DNA from: Fonticula alba ATCC 38817
Lineage: Eukaryota; Protista; Nucleariida
Reading direction: 5' to 3' (one strand)
DNA: 11,657 nt
NCBI GenBank assembly: GCA_000388065.2
Contig: KB932206.1
Part shown: piece by piece, positions 1 to 7,409 of the stretch
How positions within the stretch are numbered: the stretch's first letter is position 1
Layout: the number at the start of each line of letters is the position of its first letter
Position numbers and translations under genes: made by a program
The notes under the pieces: model-generated
Seen by the model: only the letters and a program-made list of their open reading frames with translations
Databases searched by the model: none
Told to the model about the DNA's origin: nothing

Positions 1-507
1 GGACGCGCGCCTGTATGCCGTCGCGGCTCGCATGCGCGCCGTGGCGATCTGCCGAGGGGGGCCCTGGGCCGGATGCGCGCCTCCGGTGTTGTGGCCGGTG
101 CGCGCGCAGGCGTGTGCCTCGCCGGGCCACAGAGGCCGTGCCGTGTGTGTGCGCGCTTGACCACCGGTGCCGGACCGCCCCGCCGGAGACGCCCCGGCCT
201 CGGGCAGGCCCTAAGCGGCAGGCGGGGGGCGGGCCGGGCCGGGGGATGCCCACGCGCGGCCGCCTTGCCCGTGGGCATGCCCCGCGAGCGCGCCCGCGGG
301 CCCTTTTTTCCCCCGGGCGCGCGTGTGCGCGCGGCGTGCGGGGATCCTCCCGGCCCTTGGGCTCGGGCGGGCGCGCGTACACGCCCGGCCTCTGCTCGGT
401 CAGCCCCAGCCAGTGCCGGGTCTCGCCGCGGCGGCCGCCGCCACGCGTCCCCCCCGCCTGCGCCGTTGCCCCGTTGTGAGGGCGGCCCTTTCCGGCCACG
501 CATGCCC

Positions 508-532
508 GGGGGGGGGGGGGGGGGGGGGGGGG
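508..532 (+). repeat. G25 homopolymer
   Basis: Seen directly. Confidence 0.95.
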
Positions 533-825
533 CCGCGGCAACGAGACCCGGCGCACCACCCGCAGGCTGTGTCCGGCGGCCGCCCTCGCCGGGCTCGCTC
601 CGCCTCCCCCCCCCCTCCCACCCCCCGGTCCGCCCGGCCGGCCGCCCGGCCGCGCCCCCTCTTTCAAGCAATCCTTCTTGTCGAGGCGCCCCGGGCGTTC
701 CCCCGGGCTGCGGCCCCCTCCCCCAACCGACCGTATTGAGAGCCCCTCTCTCTACCGTCTCCCCTCCCCCACCACCTGTCCGACCTGCCCCGCCCCCGCC
801 CTCCTTTCGCCCCCGCCCCTGCAAG

Positions 826-852
826 CACACACACACACACATACACACACAC
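826..852 (+). repeat. (CA)n microsatellite upstream of the transporter ATG
   Basis: Near-perfect CA run with one TA interruption. Confidence 0.9.
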
Positions 853-939
853 TGACGCCCACCTCGCCCATCCCCGCACACAGACCCCCCCCCCTCCCTA
901 CCCACACAAGCACTTCCAACGCGTCTGTGATCGTGCGAC

Positions 940-3454
940 ATGGGTGCCGAGGTCGATGAATCGACCAGTCTCCTGCCCGGTGAGGGTCTGGAGAGCTTCT
1001 CCCTGAACAGCCCCCAATGGCGCGACCTCCTCTACAAGATCGTGGTCGTGGTGCTGCTGGTGGCCTGCGGCTCCGGCATGACCCTCCTGCTCAAGGTGCA
1101 GGATGAGACCTGCGTGGAGAACTGCCACATCACCGACGGCAGCGAGTCCCAGGGCAACAGCTTCCACGGCTGGTTCTCCGAGGCGGCCGTGGTGGCCGTC
1201 GCCCCGGCCACCGCCGAGTACAAGCAGTACGAGGCTTCGGTGTCGGCCGCGGCCGCCGCGGCCGCCGTCCACCCGGCCTACATGCCGCAGATGGTCCGCG
1301 TCCGCCCGACCGTCGTCTACAGCGATGAGGCCGCCCGCGCGTCCATCAGCAAGAGCATCTACACCCAGGTCGCGTCGTCTGGCGCCCGCCGGGTCTCCGT
1401 CCACGGCTCGGTCGCTGCCATGGCCGCCGCCTCCGGGTCTGCCTCGGCCCCCGGCTCTGGCTCGGCCCCCGGCTCTGGCTCCACCCCCGGCTCCNNNNNN
1501 NNNNCAATGGCGCGACCTCCTCTACAAGATCGTGGTCGTGGTGCTGCTGGTGGCCTGCGGCTCCGGCATGACCCTCCTGCTCAAGGTGCAGGATGAGACC
1601 TGCGTGGAGAACTGCCACATCACCGACGGCAGCGAGTCCCAGGGCAACAGCTTCCACGGCTGGTTCTCCGAGGCGGCCGTGGTGGCCGTCGCCCCGGCCA
1701 CCGCCGAGTACAAGCAGTACGAGGCTTCGGTGTCGGCCGCGGCCGCCGCGGCCGCCGTCCACCCGGCCTACATGCCGCAGATGGTCCGCGTCCGCCCGAC
1801 CGTCGTCTACAGCGATGAGGCCGCCCGCGCGTCCATCAGCAAGAGCATCTACACCCAGGTCGCGTCGTCTGGCGCCCGCCGGGTCTCCGTCCACGGCTCG
1901 GTCGCTGCCATGGCCGCCGCCTCCGGGTCTGCCTCGGCCCCCGGCTCTGGCTCGGCCCCCGGCTCTGGCTCCACCCCCGGCTCCACCCCCGGCTCTGGCT
2001 CGGCCCCCGGCTCCACCCCCGGCTCCGGCTCCACCCCCGGCTCCGGCTCCGGCTCCACCCCGGAGGACTTGACCCCGGTGCACTTCCACCAGCCCTTCAT
2101 CCAGCTCTTCCAGATGGGCCTCGGCCAGCTGTCCTGCGTGTTCTTCCTGCGGTTCTTCCGCCACCGCCCGCGCGAGGGCGAGCGCTACCGGCCGCCTCCC
2201 CCGATGGCCGACATCATCCCCTCGGCCGTGGCGGCCTCCCTGTTCGATGTGTTCGCCGAGCTGTTCATCATCTTCGCCCTGACCCTGGCGGCCGCCTCGA
2301 CCACCGAAATGATGAAGGGTACCCTGGTGGTCTTCTGCGGGCTCTTCTCCATGTACTTCTTCCAGGGCTTCCGGCTGAACAACCGCCAGTGGATCTCGAC
2401 CGTGGTCATGCTGACCGGTGCCTCGGTGGTCATCATGCGCCAGTACATCTTCGCCAGTGCCGATTCCAATGCCCTGGAGGAGGTGATCGGCGCGCTGCTG
2501 GCCCTGCTGTCGCAGCTTTGCTACGCCGGGCAGTTCATCGTCGAGGAGCGCCTGGTGGACATCTCCACCCTGCGCGGGCAGCATGTCAACAAGGGGTTCA
2601 TCGTCTTCTGGGAGGGTGTCGTGTCCATGCTCATGGCCACCACCCTGCAGATCATCTGGTGCCTGGTGCCCTTCGGCCCGACCTGGGGCCAGTTCGGCGA
2701 CGAGGTCAAGCGGTACTTCTCCATCCCCCGGCTCTGGGCGTCGGGTATCGGCCTGTCGCTGGCCGTCGGCGGGTATGACCTGTTCGGGCTGCAGGCCTCC
2801 GAGTCGCTGGGGTCCGATCGTCGTGCGGTGCTGACCGCCTCCTTCCAGGTGGTGGTTGTCTGGTCCATTTCCCTGATGACCGGCATGGAGCGCCTCGTCT
2901 GGCCGGAGGACCTGCTGGCGGTGGCCGGGTTCGTGACCATCCTCTGCTCCGGCCTGGCCTACACCTGGACCTCGGATGCCAAGAGCGCCCCGCGTGTCAT
3001 CAGCGGCGTCACCTGCGAGAACAGCATGAATGCCCCGGATGCCGAGGGCAATGGCGATGCCGCCACGGGTGGCAGTGGCTCCGGCTCCGGCGGTGCCGGT
3101 GGCAACAACGCCGACGACCTGGAGGCCGGCCCGGCTGCCGGTGCGGCCCTGCTCCAGAGCGCCCCGACCAATGCCTCGGAGGAGGCGGCCCAGCTGCGCG
3201 CGGCCCTCGACGCCTCGGCCCTGGCCGGTGCCAGCCCCTACTCCGGCGACCCGAATGCCGCCGCCCCGGGCGCCGGCGCCTACTCCGGTGCCGACGAGCA
3301 TGACATGTACAAGGTGGCCGATGAGTCCGAGCCGCTGGTCTACTCGTCGGAGACCGCCGACCCGTACTACATGTCCGGCGATGGGTCGACCGCCGCCGGT
3401 GGCCTGTCCAGCACTTCGCTGGCTGGCGGCAGCGGCTACGGCGCCATCAACTGA
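940..3454 (+). CDS. SLC35F6: SLC35F6-like nucleotide-sugar transporter/DMT-superfamily membrane protein; intronless; true CDS most likely join(940..1494,1985..3454) = 674 aa after collapsing the assembly duplication
   Basis: ATG at 940 has an in-frame TGA four codons upstream (928-930); stop TGA at 3452-3454. About 10 hydrophobic segments. Motifs HFHQPFIQLFQMGLGQLSC, ALTLAAASTTEMMKGTLVVFCGLFS, LNNRQW, GALLALLSQLCYAGQFIVEE, FWEG and VVVWSISLMTGME parallel human SLC35F6 as recalled (HSFQHPFLQAVGMFLGEFSC, ALNMTSASSFQMLRGAVIIFTGLFS, QMVLEE, GTEG, VVIWALSLALGWE). The merged length of 2025 nt keeps the frame. Confidence 0.85.
1015..1984 (+). repeat. 480-bp direct duplication (1015-1494 = 1505-1984) flanking the N gap; probable unmerged contig overlap
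   Basis: Sequence after the gap restarts at caatggcgcgacc, identical to 1015, with a constant 490-nt offset. No differences were seen by eye and the translations are identical. The break falls inside a tandem repeat. Confidence 0.9.
1495..1504. other. Assembly gap (10 N)
   Basis: Ten N bases seen directly. Confidence 1.
1921..2062 (+). repeat. Coding tandem repeat (12/18-nt units) encoding Gly-Ser-Thr/Ala-Pro linker (GSGSAP/GSTP)
   Basis: Repeated ggctctggctcggccccc / ggctccaccccc units translate as SGSASAPGSGSAPGSGSTPGSTPGSGSAPGSTPGSGSTPGSGSGSTP. Confidence 0.9.
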
Positions 3455-3546
3455 GGGGCGAGGCGAACAGGGGGGGTGGTGGGGCGAGAGGAGAAGGGGC
3501 CGGGAGGGCGTGTTTCGCCTTCGTCGCTTTCCCTCTTTTTTCTCCT

Positions 3547-3584
3547 CCCCCCCCCCCCCCCCCCCCGGGGGGGGGGGGGGGGGG
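3547..3584. repeat. C20-G18 homopolymer palindrome
   Basis: C run 3547-3566 directly abuts G run 3567-3584. Confidence 0.95.
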
Positions 3585-4338
3585 CGTGCGCCGCGGTGTG
3601 AACGCTTCTCTCTTCGGGGCCCGGGGAGGGAGGGGGGGAGGGTGAGGGTGGGTCATGGGGTGCCAGGCGCGTGGGGGTCTCCCCCCCCCCCCCGTGTCTC
3701 TCCGTCTCCCGCTCTCGCTCTCGGTCCCGGTCCTCTTTGGTGCCTTCTCCTCCCGCGCGCTCCCCCGCCCCCCCCCCCCATCCCTCCCTCGATCGGTGTG
3801 CCTGGTTTTGCATGCACCTGTGCATGGGTGCCTCCTCCCGCGTCTCCTCCTCTCTCCCCTTGTGTGCCGCATGTGGGGATGTGTGTGCGTCCCCGCCCGG
3901 GTTCGCGCCCGCGGCTCCTCCCCCTCTCCCCCTTTGCACTTGCGCGCATCCCCCTTGTGCGCGTGCGCTGCCCTTCCCCCCCCCCCCCTCCAACAATACA
4001 ACTATAATTTGCCTTCCCTCTCCCGCCCTGTGGCGGTGTGCGGGCGTGTATGCGGCTCGATTTTGTCGCGTCGCTCTCTTCCGTGAGGCTCCCGTGTGCG
4101 GGCCCTGGCGCGTGTGTCGGGCGCGGCGGCCGAGGGGGGGGCGGGGGCCTGTGTGTGTGTGTGTGTGCTGCTCTCGGCGGGGCGGGGGCGGTATGGCCCC
4201 CTCGGGGTGGTTGGCATCGCGCTCCGCTGCGGGGCGGGGGGTTCCCACGCGAGCTCCTCGTCTGACTGGCTCTGCGCCGGGTGCCACCTTCGTGGTGCCG
4301 ATGCTGGTGTCTCGTTCGCGCCCCCTCCCCCAGCCGCC

Positions 4339-4360
4339 TTTTTTTTTTTTTTTTTTTTTT
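4339..4360 (+). repeat. T22 homopolymer
   Basis: Seen directly. Confidence 0.95.
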
Positions 4361-4519
4361 CTTGCGAGCGGCTTGTCGAGTGTGTCTGCCCCTCTCTCGC
4401 TGTCCCCCGCGATGTGGGTGTCCTCCGTGTGCCCCTTCGTTCCCTTCCGGCCGAGGTGGGTGCACTCTGTGGCGCCAGGGCGCACATGTGTCGGATGGGC
4501 TTGCTTTGTCGGCTGTCCA

Positions 4520-4520
<1 letters not shown>

Positions 4521-4582
<62 letters not shown>
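4521..4582 (+). repeat. (TGC)20 trinucleotide (CTG/CAG) microsatellite, intergenic
   Basis: Perfect TGC run between two convergent genes. Confidence 0.95.
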
Positions 4583-4584
<2 letters not shown>

Positions 4585-5023
4585 TGTCCCTGTCCCTGTC
4601 ATGCCTGTTACTCCTCCTCCTCCTCCCCTCTCTCCCCCCCCCCCCCGCCCCCACATCGGCTACGCACGCACAGGCGAAGGGCTTGATGTCTGCCTTTCCC
4701 CGTCCCCCGCTCCCCTCCTTCCTCGCTCCCCCCCCTGTCGTCCGGTGCGCGCGCCGAGCCAGCACAGCCCTCCGCACACATACTTACACACACACGATAC
4801 CAGCAAACACTCTCGGCGGAAAAAAAAGGACCGAAGGTAACATATTGGAAAGAGACATAGCTGCCAAAAGGGGCCACCCGCTCGTCCCTCCGCGTGAGGA
4901 GCCGAGCGCGGCGGAGGGGGGAAACATACAAGCCGAACAAAAACAGAGGCCCGCACACACACGCGCTGATGGGCAGGGGGGCTTCTTCTCGAATGGGGGA
5001 CGTGCGCACACATGCGCCGGGGC

Positions 5024-5879
5024 TCACAGCAGCGACACCAGCAGGGCGGCCACGCTGGCGGCGCCGGCCACCAGGAGGGCGGAGTTGCGCCCGGCCCGGG
5101 TACCCGGAGCCGCGGCATTGCAATCGAAGGGGCCGCCGCCGGCCTGGGCCGCCTGCGTGGCGGTCGGGACCTGGGCCCCGAAGGAGTTGTGATCCAGCAC
5201 CGAGCACCCGCCACGCAGGGTGGTCATGTAGGCGGCGCAGGTGGCCCGGGGGATCATGCCACTGGCCACCTGGCAGTTCCAGGTGTCGTACTGGGCCAGG
5301 GTGCAGGGCTTGCTGCAGGCGCGGGCCATGTCCGTGGCCTTGAGGGCGGCCCCGAGGCCCCCGGAGCCATTGGCCCCGAAGGTCCCATCGCACGCCGGCG
5401 AGGACATCAGCTCATTCCGGGCGCGCTGGGCCTCCGGGCTGCAGCCGCGGCGCTTGCGCTCGGCCGTGTTCTCCCCGAAGGAGATGGAGATCCCGCCGGC
5501 GCTGAATTCCAGGGCGGCCGCCGTGCGCAGCAGGCAGACAGCCAGGAGGACCAGAGCGGCTGCGTCGGAGCCGAGGCCGGGGGGATGCGCGTGTCGATGG
5601 GGGGGCGAGGGGTCGCACGAGGCGGCCGAGCCGACCCCCGGTCCGGCGATGCGTGATCGTGCGATGGCGCGACCGCGTGCGTGCATGTGTGCGTGTGTGA
5701 GCGAGCGAGCGAGCGAGCGAGCGAGAGCAGGCTGCCAGGCCGGACGGCGCCCCGCCGAGCACTGGCAGCAGGGCCCCGGGACAGAGGGCAGCGCCGGGGG
5801 GCGGTGATGGGCCGGCGGCCGGCGGCCACGGCAGGGACAACGTACCGGCGCGACGAACCGACATGGCGAGGGGACCCAT
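5024..5879 (-). CDS. Predicted secreted/GPI-anchored cysteine-rich surface protein, 189 aa; complement(join(5024..5559,5846..5879))
   Basis: Exon 1 reads ATG GGT CCC CTC GCC ATG TCG GTT CGT CGC GCC G|GTACGT, and the acceptor is ccgacgcag|CC. The splice yields the signal peptide MGPLAMSVRRAAALVLLAVCLLRTAAA. It is followed by RKRR, 8 Cys, an NGS sequon and a hydrophobic C-terminus (SALLVAGAASVAALLVSLL*). Total 570 nt, in frame. Family not recognised. Confidence 0.8.
5560..5845 (-). other. Spliceosomal intron of the GPI-protein gene (286 nt, phase 1)
   Basis: GTACGT donor and CAG acceptor. Contains a (GCTC)n repeat at 5699-5725. No clear CTRAC branch point was found. Confidence 0.75.
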
Positions 5880-6072
5880 GGTGTTGGTGGTCGGGAGGGA
5901 AAAGGGCAGGCCGAGAGGGAGGGAGGGCGGGGGACGGCGAGCGGACGGCGAGGCGCGGCGTGGCAGGAGACACGAGCGGCGCAGGGTGCAGGACGAGGGG
6001 CGGGTCAGGCGGCGGGAGGACGTTTGTCTTGGATGAAGCAGGACCCTTGCCCTTGTGTCGAGGCGAGGGGGC

Positions 6073-6079
6073 TTAAATA
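6073..6079 (-). promoter_or_regulatory. TATA-like box (TATTTAA) of the GPI-protein gene
   Basis: An isolated AT-rich heptamer in very GC-rich sequence, correctly oriented about 195 nt upstream of ATG 5879. Confidence 0.55.
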
Positions 6080-6114
6080 GGCCGGGCCGGGGCCCGGGCC
6101 GGGCCAAACGCCCA

Positions 6115-6151
6115 CCGGCCTGGCGCCGGCCTGGCGCCGGCCTGGCGCCGG
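6115..6151. repeat. 11-bp tandem repeat (CCGGCCTGGCG)x3.4, ~35 bp upstream of the TATA-like box
   Basis: Three perfect copies plus CCGG, seen directly. Confidence 0.85.
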
Positions 6152-6905
6152 GTTCAGTGCGGGCCTGGCCGGCGGTCGGCGGTTTCGAGGTGGCCGGCGG
6201 TGGCCGGCCGGCCACCCGGTGGCCGGTCCCGACTGGCAGCCGGCCCGCCGGCGAAGAAGCCACCCGCGCACCTTGGCCCGGGCCCGGGCTCGGGCTTGGC
6301 ACCGGTGTATCGCCCAGGAGACAGGAGGCGGCCGAGCCGGGCCCGGCCGCGTGGATCCCGCCGCCGGCCCCGGCAGCCGCGGTGGCGATGGCCTGGCCGC
6401 GCCCCCGGGGGTGCAGCCCGTCCAGGCAAGAGCCTCCCTCCGCGCCACGGGCAGGCGGGCGGAGGGAGGCCACCCGTCCCCACCTATACGCACATACGCG
6501 CGTGCGCGCACGCGCCAGGGGGGGGGGGGGGGAGCAGCCGCCCAGCCCACCCCGGCCGCGATCGGACGCCGGGGACGCAGGCACGAGCTCGCGCCCGGGC
6601 CCCGGATGCCCCCTCGGCGCCGGCCTGCGCGCCTGCTCCCGGCCGTCCCCGCGCTTCCCCCGGACAACGCGCGCACAGTGCGCGCACGGCGGCCGGCGAC
6701 CGGCGCATATCTTGCCCCCGGAGCCCCGCGCGGCCAGCCCACAATCGCCCGCAGGTGCCAGCGCACAGGCCCGGCGGGATGGTGGCCCCCGGCCCGGGCA
6801 CCATGCCGCCTGCCAACGGGGCGTTTGGCCTCCTCCGGGGCCCCGGGGGGCGGGGCAGGGTGTTTCGCGCAGGCCCCTCTGCCCCGACCCGGCCTATCGC
6901 CCCCC

Positions 6906-7372
6906 CGCGCGCGCGCGCGCGCGGGCGTGTCGCACGACAGCCGGCAGACCGCCGTGCCCCGTGCCCAGGGGAGGGGGGTGGGAGGGCGCTCGGGAAGGCG
7001 CGCCGGCGCAGGAGGCGCCCCACCGGCGGCGGGGCTCTCTGGAGAGGGTGTGTCTATTGTTTGTACGCACACGCACGCGCGAGATGCGGCGCGGGCGGAC
7101 GGCAAGGAGAGAGAGAGAGAGGGAGAGAGGGAGAGGGAGAGGGAGAGGGAGAGCAAGCCAGAGAGGAGCAGGGATGGAGGAGGGGAAGGGCGCGCGCGCG
7201 CGCGACCATGGCCCCGGCCGTGCAACGGGATGAGATGGTACAGGGGCACGGACTGGCGCGGCCGCGCGCGCGCGCGCGCGCGCGTGACCACACGAGGTGG
7301 CACCTTTTCTCTTCGCCCCAGCCGCGCACACGTCGGCTGGCTTTTCTCCGGGCAGCGCGCGCGCGCGCGCGC
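6906..7372. repeat. Cluster of pure (CG)n tracts: (CG)9 6906-6923, (CG)7 7191-7204, (CG)11 7263-7284, (GC)9 7355-7372, plus GA-rich tract 7107-7153
   Basis: Seen directly, downstream of the IF2 stop. Confidence 0.9.
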
Positions 7373-7409
7373 CCGACGGCGCTCGGCGCCATGCGCGCCC
7401 GGCCTGGGC

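Noticed and set aside
241-283. Hairpin with 9-bp stem ATGCCCACG/CGTGGGCAT
   Set aside because: Plausible by chance in such GC-rich DNA, and no RNA family features.
15-855. Several 70-260 aa ORFs upstream of the transporter
   Set aside because: Arg/Pro/Gly/Ala-rich translations of GC-rich, homopolymer-containing non-coding DNA; stops are simply rare.
1015-1984. Real tandem gene or domain duplication
   Set aside because: The copies look identical, end exactly at an N gap inside a repeat and shift the frame; an unmerged overlap is far simpler.
1346-3301. 651-aa minus-strand ORF (also 898..1404)
   Set aside because: Antisense shadow of the C3-rich transporter CDS, with no recognisable features.
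4339-4360. T22 as a retroelement poly(A) tail
   Set aside because: No target-site duplication, pol III boxes or element body seen; homopolymers are common here.
4782-4788. Minus-strand TGTAA (chlorophyte poly(A) signal) or GTAAGT donor
   Set aside because: TGTAA was not found after the other two genes, and no minus-strand CTRAC/acceptor partner was seen downstream.
3436-4840. PolyQ/polyS/polyL/polyC/polyA ORFs over the (TGC)20 repeat
   Set aside because: All frames cross homopolymers and microsatellites with no coding-like codon bias; intergenic or UTR repeat.
5560-5686. ORF-track start MHARG... for the GPI protein
   Set aside because: It lies in repeat-rich intron sequence; the spliced 34-nt exon gives a proper N-terminal signal peptide.
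5012-5807. Plus-strand ORFs 5012..5656 and 5241..5807
   Set aside because: Antisense shadows of the GPI-protein gene.
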